From the NCBI RefSeq assembly GCF_006345805.1, contig NC_042997.1:135966001-136030000 (forward strand): a stretch of 64,000 nucleotides of DNA. Reading direction: 5' to 3'. The translations under genes were made by a program, and so were the position numbers. The stretch comes from Octopus sinensis. Lineage: Eukaryota. Of this stretch, positions 14,856 to 26,236 are shown piece after piece. Below the pieces are notes generated by a model that saw nothing but the letters and a program-made list of their open reading frames with translations, ran no database searches and was not told the DNA's origin. Within the stretch, counting starts at the first letter, position 1, and each line of letters opens with the position of its first letter.

Positions 14856-15294
14856 GGATCTTTTCGGTTTGAACGGCAGTTTTTTCTAGCGGTGTCATAT
14901 GAAATTATCACCTATAATTATGACCCTAGTATCGATCTATTGCATTTCAATCTGTTTTAGGGTTAGGGTTAGTTAGGGTTAGGGTTAGGGTTAGGGTCGG
15001 GGGAAGGGTATCTTTTTTTCTTCAGAAATGTAAATAAACCCAATCTATTTCTTAAACGAGGGAGGTATTCATACGGCACATAATATTTTCACCTCAATAG
15101 ACGTCATTGATTGGTTGAAATTGCAGAAATTGAAGGAAAAAAAACAACAAATATCTTACAAACTATAGAATTTTCTCAATAAAGCCAAGAGAAAAAGATG
15201 TTTTATAAACACATTCTACCAGTATACGAAGTTTAAAAGTGTTTAGTTACGTGGAAATTATTTTTAAAAACTGCCGTTCAAACCGAAAAAGACC
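14856..15294. mobile_element. MITE with about 29-bp TIRs, 8-bp TSD and internal (TTAGGG)n
   Basis: TIRs ggatcttttcggtttgaacggcagttttt / aaaaactgccgttcaaaccgaaaaagacc; TSD acaatatc at 14848-14855 and 15295-15302. Removing it rejoins the pol frame (PV*YCFMDGVLMRK). Confidence 0.9.
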
Positions 15295-15710
15295 ACAATA
15301 TCAAACTGGAACCTTGCTAAGCTCCTCAAAAGAAACTGCCTTATTAGCTGACTTCTGCAACTCAACATCCTGACCCTGTGCAATAATAAGCTGCTCTCTA
15401 GAAAGGATGTGATCACCACCTGACAAACTATCAGACTTATCAAGAAGACCTGAAGAGTTACTACCCTTTGAAGATAAGTCATCAGCCTCTACCTTACGAA
15501 AAGTATGATCCATGAAAGTGTCGGACAAATCATATATGGAATCATTCAGCAAAGAAGTCTTGAAACAAATGTCTTTCTGAAGTATGCAATCTGGGGGCTT
15601 ACTCTCACAAACAAAACTCTCCTCAGAACTACCGAAAAGAAAGACTTAGGTGCGACAGACGCAAAAGCATTTTGGGAACCTATGGGCTGATTTTTAAGCT
15701 TAAGTTTGAG

Positions 15711-15752
15711 ACAGGCAGAAATCAAATGTCCCGGCCTCTTACAATATGCACA
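15711..15752 (-). other. CX2CX4HX4C zinc knuckle of gag
   Basis: CAYCKRPGHLISAC in ORF 15546-15839. Confidence 0.9.
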
Positions 15753-16159
15753 AACAGGACCAGAACTAGTTGGAGTCCTAGAAGAATTCGAATTTGTCAG
15801 AAGAATTTGAACCTGTTCTATCACCACTGGAACCTGCATGACCTGAACTCCAAACCGGGGAAAAGACCTTTGGACCAGAAGGCAACGACCTCAGACACCG
15901 AAAATAATTCTTGGGAGTCAAATTATAATCATTTGCCAACATAGCTATATTATATAAGACATCAATCTTTCGTTCATTCAAATAAATATTGTGATCAGAA
16001 TAAACATAATGTTTGAAATCCTCCATCAAAACTTCCTCAAACTATCAGAATTTGTGACCAAACTTTGTCACCTATCAAAGTTTCCTTCTCCCTATCAAAC
16101 TCTACAAAAGTTTCATTGTCCCTTTTTTTAGCATTCCTGAATTTCTGTCGATAAGCCTC

Positions 16160-16703
16160 GGGCACTAGTTTATAAGCTTTTAGAAGGGTCCTTTTAACCA
16201 GATTATAATCTGAACTTTGCTCTACAGATAAGGCTGAAAAGGCATCCTAAACTTTACCCTTCAAAACAGTTTGCGCTAGCATAATCCATGACTCCTTAGG
16301 CCACTTAAGCTTCTCAGCAACTTTTTCAAAATGTAGAAAATACTTGTCCACCTCTTTTTCATTGAAAGGAGGAAGCAGCATGGCATGTCTTGCAATTTCG
16401 AAGAGGAAGGGTGTGAGGGAAGAAAAGAATTGCCTAGCTTTTAAGTTCAATTTCTTTTTCAATTCCAAGCTTTTTAAGCTCAATTTCCTTTTCAAATCTT
16501 TTCAATTCTAATTGAATTTCACGCTTTTTCATTTCCAAATGGTCTAAATGTTCTTCTTTCACCATCTCCAAAGGATCATGTCCGAAAACTCCCTCATCAA
16601 CGAAGTTATTTAAAACAATTTTCAAAATTTGAAATTTCCTCATAGCAGGTTCGGCCTCAAGTTTGAAATGTGCAGAAATTTCCAATAAATCTGATTTGCG
16701 CAA
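16160..16703 (-). pseudogene. Gypsy gag fragments with SCAN-like region
   Basis: ORFs 16434-16703 and 16247-16495: RKSDLLEISAHFKL...KFQILKIV; FEKVAEKLKWPKESWIMLAQTVLKGK. Confidence 0.7.
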
Positions 16704-16856
16704 GACACCGATTGACTGTCTCAGGGGTAAATGACATAAGAAAATCCTCTAGTTTAACCGCCACATTTGCTAGTTTTGCAGTTAACTTTTTGCAAAAAGA
16801 AAAATGCAGTAATTTGAAATATTTACAAAATGTCTCAAAATGTCAAATGAATCCTT

Positions 16857-16873
16857 TCCAGGACGAGCTCCCA
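16857..16873 (-). promoter_or_regulatory. Primer-binding site complementary to the tRNA-Pro 3' end
   Basis: TGGGAGCTCGTCCTGGA matches TGGGGGCTCGTCCGGGA (reverse complement of the tRNA-Pro 3' end, from memory) at 15 of 17 positions, between LTR end and gag. Confidence 0.8.
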
Positions 16874-16878
16874 ATTTT

Positions 16879-16998
16879 TGTTACGGTTACTGCATGACAA
16901 GGAAACAGTCCCCACTCGAAATCAGCAAGTAAAACAAACAGGTCTGTACAATTCAGTCATTACGATATTATAATTAAGAAAAATACATGCTCATAACA
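16879..16998 (-). repeat. Candidate short 5' LTR of the Gypsy relic
   Basis: Minus strand runs TGTTATG...CGTAACA, with inverted termini, ending 5 nt before the PBS. The outer boundary is uncertain. Confidence 0.5.
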
Positions 16999-17305
16999 TA
17001 GTGTTAATCAATATTAATAAGCAGTAACATACGCGCATTAAAATCTGGGTCAGCTGGTAGTTGAAACACAAAATGTATGCTTGAAACATGTGCACTGACA
17101 ATATATAAAGATGAATGTTCGTTATTATTTTCGCAATGTCGAATGCGTTCTCATATTGGTACTCTACAAATACCAATTTACAGGAAGTACAATCAATTGA
17201 ATTGATCTTAGCACATATCTCCCACTTACCTTATAGACTTGTGATGACAATGTGATTTTAACTCTGACATTTTAACTGGGTCTTGTGCCTAGAGTAGAAA
17301 AGAAT

Positions 17306-17519
17306 ATTCTTTTGTACTCTAGGCACAAGGCTCGAAGTTTTTGGGAAGAGGGCCAGTCGATTAGATCGACCACAATACGCAAATGGTACTTAATTTATCG
17401 ACCCCGAAAGGATGAAAGGCAAAATCGGCCTCGGCGAAATTTTAACTCAGAACAAAGACAGACGAAATATCGTAAAGAATTTCACCCGGCGTGCTAACGT
17501 TTCTACCAGCTCGCCGCCG
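17306..17519 (-). mobile_element. SINE of the ggcggcgagctggcaga family
   Basis: Minus strand ggcggcgagctggtagaaacgttagcacgccggg...gcctttcatcctttcggggtcgataaattaagtacc; same family as 34826 and 57266. Confidence 0.85.
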
Positions 17520-17547
17520 TAGTAGAAATGAATATTACAGATATTTA

Positions 17548-17745
17548 AGGTGGCGAGCTGGCAGAATCGTTTGTACGCTGCATTTCGCCCGTCTTTAATG
17601 TTCTGAGCTCAAAGTTTTACCAAGGATGACTTTGCCTTTCATCCTTTCAAGGTACATGAAACAAGCAGCAGTTGAGTACTGGGGTCAATGTAATCGACTT
17701 ACAACTTCGCCCGAACATGCTGGCCTTTATTACAGACATATGGAG
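17548..17745 (+). mobile_element. SINE of the same family, diverged, head-to-head with the previous copy
   Basis: aggtggcgagctggcagaatcgtt...tttgcctttcatcctttc...actggggtcaatgtaatcgact. Confidence 0.8.
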
Positions 17746-17923
17746 CTTGACACATTGTTCCTTCTATTGAGTGATATCAGTTTCACAGGCGATACACGTT
17801 ATAAGGATTCCCATCAAATTCGTTAGTGACAGTAAATCCGACAGAATGCTTTGTTTGTAAGTTTAGTTTCCGTATGGCTCATTACATTTGGTTGCATATT
17901 ATCACTATGCTGTGGCAGTAGCA

Positions 17924-17926
17924 GCT

Positions 17927-17999
<73 letters not shown>

Positions 18000-18024
18000 C
18001 AGTAGTAGTAGTAGCAGCAGCAGC
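17924..18024. repeat. (CAG)n/(TAG)n trinucleotide array; a second (TAG)n lies at about 18109-18152
   Basis: Directly visible. Confidence 0.95.
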
Positions 18025-18109
18025 AATAGCTCCTGATTTCACGTGCGATGCGAGAATGAAGAGACTTGTAGAGTTTATATTCGCCCCTAACTCTTATTGC
18101 TTGGTAAAG

Positions 18110-18154
<45 letters not shown>

Positions 18155-18968
18155 TCAACAGCATAAGAAGAAGCAGCAGTTTCAGGGGGAATAGGAGATG
18201 GAGGAAAATAGTAACAGATGATAATGCATCACGATTACTTGTCATTTCAACATAGCTGATCCTGTATCCTGGCAAAAGATGCTACTTCAAACTATACCTC
18301 TGTTGTAATATAAAGATAATGAAACTAGAGTTGTTGAATCGCGTAACCGACCAAAATTTCATTTATTTACAAAGAATTCCCAAACTAAGAATTTGTTCAT
18401 AACGTTTTCTAGGCATAAAATTTGACATATTTTATTCGATAGAGAATCATTTTGATGACCAACACTCTCCCTAATAACATTATGTAGTGGAATAGACAAT
18501 ATTCTCAGGAGTGTCCATTGGATTTTTTTCCCTGTATTTCATCAATGAATTAGCAATGCAACTAAAGTCAATATAGCTTCAATTGAAACTGAAACAAGTT
18601 ATAATTAGAATGTTATTTCTGCTTCTGTTTTTCTTAACTTTAATACATTTACGTCAATTGTTTTCTAAGAGTGATTTCTATATGCTTCTGTAGTTTTACA
18701 TTCAGGTATCTCCTGTTTCTCTGGTCAAATGTTTAAAAAGTTTGTTTCGCAATCCTGAACTACTGATTTAACCCAAAAGCTAGCATTTTGATACCGGCCT
18801 TTTACAATAGTTACGGATCAATCTTTGCCTTGCAAGTGAAACTAATTAGCCAGAGGCCCATAACATGAAGTATAGCACAGTATTTTGTTAAGATCATTTC
18901 TTCAGAAATTACAGTCAGCACTAATTTTTTGGCTACATTCTTTCGTATCGAGATGTCAATGAGGTCTG

Positions 18969-19335
18969 AGACAAAAATGGGTAATAAGTGTATATGCCAT
19001 ATTTCGGGGATTTTTCTCCTTCATCAGCATCCATCTAACCCACACATGCCTCCGAACACATTGGTTATATAGCCACCGCATACAGCGGTATTAAGCTATT
19101 GGATATACATAGTATATTATGGATGTATAACGAAATTCCAATTGCCTACAAGTGTTTAATATTTACATAGGCTCTCCAGGAATGGGTTTGATATGTAAAG
19201 AGATATATCCAATAATTTAACACCGCTGTATGCTGTGGTTATATAAACAATGTGTTCCGAGACAAGAGTGGGTTAGATGAGTGCTGGTGAAGGGGAAAAA
19301 ATCCCCGAGATATGACTCATTACCCATTTTTGTCT
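18969..19335. mobile_element. MITE with about 140-bp imperfect TIRs
   Basis: agacaaaaatgggtaat... / ...attacccatttttgtct; the arms align through ggggattttt, catctaacccac, gaacacattg and gcatacagcggt. Confidence 0.8.
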
Positions 19336-19336
19336 A

Positions 19337-20209
19337 ATGGATGAGGACAACTGTGTGAAGAGGTGTCACACCATAAAATTGGAGGGAACCTGTGGAAGAG
19401 GTACACTCAAGAAGGCCTGGGATGAGGTGGTGAAGTACGACCTTCGAACGTTGGGCCTCACAGACGCAATGACAAGCGACCGAGATCTTGGAGATATGCT
19501 GCATCTAAGAAGACCCGGCAAGCCAAGTGAGATCGTAGCTGTAACCTACGCCAGTGTCGCATAACCGGCCTCTTTAAGAGTACTCTTCAATCGTCGAGCA
19601 ATATGCTGTGCTTGACAAGACCTGTTGAGTCAAATGAAATCGTTTTCGTAACCGATGCCAGTACCCACTGACTGGCACCCGTACCGGTGGCACCTAAGAA
19701 GCACCATTTGAACGTGGTCGATGCCAGTGCCGCCTAACTGGCTCCGTGCCAGTGGCACGTAAAATGCACCATACGAGCCTTGTCGATGTCGGTGCTGTCT
19801 GACTGGCACCTGTGCCGGTAGCACGTAAAATGCACCATACGAGCCTTGTCGATGTCAGTGCCGCCTGACTGGCTCCTGTGCCGGTAGCACGTAAAAAGCA
19901 CCATACGAGCCTTGTTGATGTCAGTTCCACCTGACTGGTTCCCGTGCTGGTGGCACGTAAAACGCACCATTCGAGAATGGTTGATGCCAGTGCAGGCTGA
20001 GTGGCTCCCGTGCTGGTGACACGTAAAAAGCACCTACTACAATCTCGAAGTTGTTGGCGTTACGAAGGGCATCTAGCTGTAGAAACCTTGCCAGATCAGA
20101 TTGGAGCCTTGTGCAGACTCCTGGCTTGCCAGTCGTCAGTCAAACCGTCAAAAGCATGCCAGCATGGAAAGCGGACGTTAAACGATGATGATGATGATGA
20201 TGATGATGA
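19337..20209 (+). mobile_element. RTE-type LINE 3' end (last RT codons, 3' UTR, (GAT)n tail)
   Basis: MDEDNCVKRCHTIKLEGTCGRG..KKAWDEVVKYDLRTLGLTDAMTSDRD; UTR ends catgccagcatggaaagcggacgttaaac(gat)n. Confidence 0.8.
19655..20040 (+). repeat. About six tandem copies of a roughly 60-bp unit in the RTE 3' UTR
   Basis: Unit about gatgccagtgccgcctgactggctcctgtgccggtagcacgtaaaatgcaccatacgagccttgtc, repeated head-to-tail without unique spacers. Confidence 0.9.
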
Positions 20210-21434
20210 TCTCATTCTTTGTTTACATCTGACGTCTCGATACGAAATGTAGTAACAAAATCTGTGCTGGCTATGATTTAAATAACCTTAATAAAATAAT
20301 GTAAAGCGCACTGCTAACGCAGTAGTATGTTGTATTGACTCATAATGACATTTAATATACCTTATAGTATATTATGGTTGCATAACAAAATTACATGTGC
20401 CAACAAGTTTTTAATCTTTAGTATAGCACAGTGTCTCGTACTGAATCTGCATCAGGTACAAGGTCAAGCAAGATAAAACACTACTGTTAATTCTCAGTGA
20501 TAGCTTTAAATTTTACTACAGTGTATAGATTCAAGCAAGATTTTTATTTCAGCTCGATAAGTATGGTTAATATCAAAGTTTCAAAGAAATTAGCACGCAT
20601 TTCCAGATGAGGTGTTTTAATTGAAACTGATGGGAAGACATAACTGATATTGAAAGAAATTTGGACGATCAGCCAATATTATTAGTTCCATCAATTTGTG
20701 GTTCTTTTGCATTAACAGAGTAAGTCAATAATCAGATAATATATTAGATAATGGATAGGACCATTCTTAAATAATATCACAGAACGTACAAGAACTCGTC
20801 CACAATATATTTCTTTAAACTTATTTTTCAGTTATTATTGTTAAGTGTCTTGGGTTATGTAATGGCAGCTCTTGCTGACTTCTCAGAAAGGTGTCATTTT
20901 ATCGTAGCAGCATTTTGGTCCGTTACCTTTTTAGGATTATTGCCAAAGAACTGAACTGATTTCCTCAGAGGTTACCTATCAATTAGCAAAATCAGAACTA
21001 TTCTTTTCTTCAATGTTTACTTTGATATCAATTTCTCGGCACTTCAAATGCACCACAAAAGTTTCTTCGTATTTCTTCAAAGATGTCTAATTCATATTTT
21101 AGATATGTTGGTTAAAAAAAAATGAGGAAGAAAATTAATTTACAAATTTTCTCCAAGTAAATAAACAAAAAATATAACTTCGAAATACCTTAATCTCTAG
21201 AAATTATTTATCTTAATTAAAAATACTGAGGAATTATAAGTTGGAGGCAATAATGTATAAAGTCCTCTCTAACTGTCGACAAATAGATAGAGATTTTACA
21301 CATTACTAATTTCGTTTCCAGCTTGTATTCCAAGATCAGATGAATTTTGAAGATATTTTCCAAATCCAGCTTTATTACATAAGAAATATTGCAGTCACTT
21401 GCCTTTTTAACAACGGCGAAACTCTGTAACGTTT

Positions 21435-21685
21435 TAAGTCATGAATGGGCCGCAAATCAAAATGCCATGATTGTTACTTCCCATAGCAAAAGCTGAATCA
21501 AAGAGGTACATATTCGTTTACAAAACGAATTTTTGAAGGAGCTTTCTTCTACCGTCATGAATTTTTGAAGGAGCTCTCTAAGTCATAAATGGGCGGCAAA
21601 TCAAAATTGTTACTTCCTATAGCAAAAGCTGAATCAAAGATGTACATATTCGTTTACAAAACGAATTTTTGAAGGAGCTCTCTAC
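21435..21685. repeat. Direct duplication of about 110 bp
   Basis: aagtcatgaatgggc...catagcaaaagctgaatcaaag..gtacatattcgtttacaaaacgaatttttgaaggagct occurs twice (about 21435-21550 and 21578-21685). Confidence 0.9.
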
Positions 21686-22368
21686 CGGCGCTGCTGGCGC
21701 TACCGGCAATCCACCAGCGCTCTAATTAACATGTACTAGTAAGAAAATTTCTTTAAGTATAATATCTAATTAAAAACTACAATCAACCCACACTGGAAAG
21801 ACTAGTGTGACATAACACGAGCTTTGTTAATGTTAGAGTGACTACAAATGCTTCTTTGTCGTAGCTTCCGTATATTACACCCTCCTTGGAACGTTTAATT
21901 TTATAATAACTTAGTATATAAACACGTATAAAAACTACACTGGGCAAATTACGTCGCTTGAAACCCAACTCCCGTACACTAATTATTATTCTAGGACTGC
22001 GATATTTAAAAGTAGTCTTCACACACTAGTAAATATTGGTTATTATATTTGTTTAACATAACTAAATTCAAAAATTCTGATAAAGCAAAAACTATCTTTG
22101 AACACAACACATAATTAAATAACAATATAACTCTAAAGTGTTATTATGAAAATTGCTTTAGTTATAAACCAGATCTTAAAATCTTGTTTCCAATTCAATT
22201 TTTCCGATCGTCATATATTAAAACTCACTCTTTATCTCATTAGTTTGAAATAATCCAGAATCATAAAACAGGTAATGTTTATCAATTCGAAATATGACCT
22301 CAGAATGCCATGTAATACTATTATTGATTCAAAAGTTGCACAAAAATAATTTGATAAGAAGGATACAG

Positions 22369-22415
<47 letters not shown>

Positions 22416-22501
22416 TATTATTTCTCTTTATCACAGATTTCGTTGGAGCCCCTGGGGTCTTGCATGCGTAGTGGGCTTGCTACCTTCAGTCTACGGTATC
22501 A

Positions 22502-22557
<56 letters not shown>

Positions 22558-22559
22558 TG

Positions 22560-23090
22560 ACTCGGATAGTTCTTAATTACCGGTTGTTCTTTACTTGAAA
22601 GTAGACAATAACAACTCACCATAGGTTTCAAATAGTGCCCTCTCCTATGATTCAAGGATCCAATACTCTCCTTAGAATGCGAATTCTACACAACAATAAT
22701 GTCTTCTGGATCACTTGACAGCAGCTCCAATATTTTGAATATTATTTTCAAAGCTCTTGGAAACTGTTCCTAATGCTCCAGTTACCACCGGTATCACCAT
22801 TACTTTCCTAATGCCCCATAAATTTCCTATTTCGTCCCGCAGTGGCTGATATTTCTCACACTTTTCTGTTTCCTTACATTTCACCCTCGAATCGCCTGGT
22901 ATTGTAACATTTATTATCTTCGGTTCTTCATCTTTATGGATGATTACAATATCTGGCCATCTCACCTCTATGACTTGGTTGGACTATACGTTAACATCCC
23001 AGAGTATCTTGTAATGTTCGTTTTCTGTTACTCCTGGCTTGTATTCATACCATTGTTCGGCTCTCTCGATCGAGGATTGCTTTACTGCAC
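22560..23090 (-). mobile_element. R4/Dong-like LINE 3' fragment (RLE domain) between (ATT)n tracts
   Basis: WPDIVII...INVTIPGDSRV...EKCEKYQPL...IPVVTGALG...ILRRVL; flanked by (ATT)n on both sides. Confidence 0.8.
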
Positions 23091-23103
23091 ATTATTATTA
23101 TTA

Positions 23104-23179
<76 letters not shown>

Positions 23180-23183
<4 letters not shown>

Positions 23184-24526
23184 TAGTTTTATTTTTATAG
23201 CGTGCTTTCACTTCACTACCGAGCGCAGCTCTGTGTGCCTTGGGTATGTGCTGTGATTTGTTGTGATGCTCTGATGGTTATTGTATGGAAAGTGTTCTGC
23301 GTAGGATGTGTGCAGTGCCTAGTAGTGCAATTTTCTGTATGTTATATGTGTTTGTAAGTCCTGGTGTTTTTGTTATGTATTTGTCTGAATATTTTTTTAT
23401 CATGCCTAATGCACCTACTATGATAGGAATTGTTTCTGTTTTCAGATTCCACATTCTAGTTACCTCTATTCCAGGTCTTTGTATTTTGAGAGTTTCTCCA
23501 TTTCTTTTAGAGACACGTTGTCATCTGCCGGTATTGATACATCAATTAGAAAGCATTTTATTTCTTCATGATCTCTGACAACTATATCTGGTCTGTTGGC
23601 CTTAATTTCTTTATCTGTGTGTATCGGCATATCCCAGAGTATGGTTGCTTTCTCGTTTTCTGTGACCTTTTCTGGTGTGTGCCTATACCATCTTTTTTCT
23701 GTTGTTATTCCATAATGTTGGCATAGCTTCCAATGTATGTAGGTTCCAACTCTGTCATGTCTGTGAATATATTCCTTCTTAGCCAGGACTGGGCAGCTAG
23801 AGATAATATGATTTATTGTTTCTTGTCCATCTCCACATATTCTGCAGTTACTTGTAATATTTCTTTTCATTACATGTTTTTGGTAATTTCTGGTGGGGAG
23901 GCTTTGGTCTTGTGCTGCAATTAAAAATCCCTCTGTTTCTGCTTTGAGTCCTGAGCTTCTCAACCATTGCTGGGATTTTTCTTTGTCTATTTCTTTTGCG
24001 TTTAGTTTAGTCCAGTATTTACCATGAAGGGGCTTTTCTTGCCATCGTTTTATCATGGTTCTTTGCTGTTCTATTTTTAGTTTGGATTTCATTTGTTTTA
24101 TAGCTTTTGTTGTTTCTTCATCATCTTCTTCTTCTTCTTCGTGTTTATTAGGTGGTATGATTTTTTGTTTGTATTTGTCAGCTTCCTTAAATACTGAGAA
24201 CAGTTTTTTGTTTTGCTCGTGTTTTGCTGCTATCTGGATCAGTTTTCCTTCCTTCTGAAGTAGGTATTTTTGCAGTCCTATGGTGGTTATTTTATAGTAG
24301 TTTTCCAGCTGTATAAGGCCTCTACCACCTTCTATACGTTGTATATATAGTCTTTCTATGTCAGATTTTGGGTGATGCATCCTAGATCCTGTCATTATTT
24401 TTCTTGTTTTCCTATCTATTTTGGACAGTTCATTTCGTGTCCAGTTAAGGATATTGTAGCTGTAACTTATAACTGGGACAGCTAAAGTGTTGATAGCTAT
24501 TATCTTGTTTTTAGCATTGAGCTCTG

Positions 24527-24527
<1 letters not shown>
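23180..24527 (-). mobile_element. 5'-truncated R4/Dong-like LINE (RT thumb, CCHC, RLE, 3' UTR) in (TAA)n
   Basis: 309-aa ORF 23466-24395: HHPKSDIERLY...GGRGL, CRICGDGQETINHIISSC, RHDRV, RPDIVV...LIDVSIP...EKLSKYKDL. After a frameshift: IPIIVGALG...TAHILRRTL. UTR ends aaactactg(aat)n. Confidence 0.92.
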
Positions 24528-24589
<62 letters not shown>

Positions 24590-24860
24590 GTTGTTGTTGT
24601 TGTGTTGTTGTTGTTGTTTGTTGTTGTTGTTGTTGTTGTTGTTGTTATTATTATTGCTGTTGTTATTGTTGTTGTTGTTGTTGTTGTTATCATTAGTAGT
24701 AGTAGCAGTAGTAGTGGTAGTGGTAGTAGTAGTAGTAGTAGTAGTTGTTGTTGTAGTAGTAGTAGTAGTAGTAGTTGTTGTTGTAGTAGTAGTAGTTGTT
24801 GTAGTAGTAGTAGTAGTAGTAGTTGTAGTAGTAGTAGTTGTTGTAGTAGTAGTAGTAGTA
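24527..24860. repeat. Compound (TAT)n/(TGT)n/(TAG)n array
   Basis: Directly visible. Confidence 0.95.
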
Positions 24861-24861
24861 T

Positions 24862-24913
24862 TTAGTAGTCTTCTTTTTATCACGTGCTTTCACTGCACTA
24901 CCCAGCGCAGATC

Positions 24914-24915
<2 letters not shown>
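24862..24915 (-). mobile_element. Short 3'-end remnant of the Dong-like family
   Basis: Reverse complement gcgctgggtagtgcagtgaaagcacgtgataaaaagaagactactaaat matches the UTR end of 23180-24527. Confidence 0.7.
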
Positions 24916-24961
<46 letters not shown>

Positions 24962-25483
24962 GACATTACTACTAATAATAATAACAAAACATTTGTATAT
25001 CGGATTGTTTCGTTTCAATCTAAATTCAATAAAACAGTATACATATCAATTATTTTGTAGTCGTCAAAAATGTTAATGTTTGTCACTTAAAACTTATCAC
25101 GTTTTAGATACTTATAAAACCAAATCAATGATTTTCTTACAAGATAGATAACTGCACCCACAGTAATGTCAATAATCTTCGTATAACCATCACAGTCTGA
25201 TCACCATATGTTTCATTCCAATCATTGCATGATTGCTATCTTCAAAACAAGTAGTAACTGCAATGACAAAACACCCAATGTCACCCATTGTAAGTTTAGA
25301 TACAATCTGTATAAAGATTTGTAATGCGCTGTTGAGATTTGTATCGTCCAACAAAATAAATCTTAGGTGCGTAAAAATACGATAAATCCAATATCTATTT
25401 TTAACTTCGATGTAATTGCATGTTATGGAGCAGTCAAACATACATACATACATACATACATACATACATACATACTTACATAT

Positions 25484-25567
<84 letters not shown>

Positions 25568-25579
25568 AAACAATATGTA

Positions 25580-26236
25580 CAGGTGTCAATTCATTACGGC
25601 CGTTTCAAGCGACTCCTTTAATTGATTAATGAAAACATTACATCATTTAAAAGAACCGTTCTCGTCAGATGACCGCATAGACTTCAAACATAAAGTATAT
25701 CAACATTTCCTTAACATATTCACATCAATAATGGAACTATAAATATTTACATTATTGCTTTTGTCATATCTGTGGCAGAAAGAGTTTAGAAAATAATGCA
25801 CACCTCGTCAAGTCTACTATAATTTAGAGAGTAACAAAGAAAATAGTGGGGAGTCAGGATAAAGAGAGTGGTGGCCTAGTTACTAAGACTTAGAATATTC
25901 TGTGTAGTATGTAGTCTTCAACCATTTAAAATCAAATCCATTGAGAGTTGTCCACTGTATTCTAATTAACGGTGATAAATCAATTAATGTCACACAATCT
26001 ACTAAACTCTTAATGTCCTAGAACCATATATCTAGCTCCGTCTACTCTGTCGACAAAAGAAACAATGTAAATATTCTGAGTTCCATTATTGTCGTGAATA
26101 TGTTTAGGAAATGGTGGTATCCTTTATGTTTGAAGTCTATGCGATCATCTGACGAGAAGACTTTTTCAAATGACGTAATGTTTTTATTAATCAATTAAAA
26201 GAGTCGCCTGAAGCGGCCGTAATGAATTGACACCTG
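25580..26236. mobile_element. Tc1/mariner-type MITE with about 200-bp TIRs and TA TSD
   Basis: TA|caggtgtcaattcattacggccg ... cggccgtaatgaattgacacctg|TA; arms align through ttctcgtcagatga.cgcatagacttcaaacataaag. Confidence 0.9.

Larger units (their letters stand above)
13344..16998 (-). mobile_element. Gmr1-like Ty3/Gypsy LTR retrotransposon relic (gag - zinc knuckle - integrase - truncated RT)
   Basis: Minus-strand fragments in order: gag (PPFNEKEVDKYFLHFEKVAEKLKWPKESW), CCHC knuckle, integrase (HECPMAGH...FFWP, IIDCVGPLP, YHPES*GALERFH), RT start (WSSSCVLVPK...DSYPIPRVGDCIE). Many stops and frameshifts. Confidence 0.88.

Noticed and set aside
14957-14996. Chromosome end or telomere fusion
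   Set aside because: Only about six units, enclosed by TIRs and an 8-bp TSD.
19655-20040. CRISPR-like regular repeats
   Set aside because: Units are contiguous with no unique spacers, lie within a LINE 3' UTR, and the context is eukaryotic with no cas genes.
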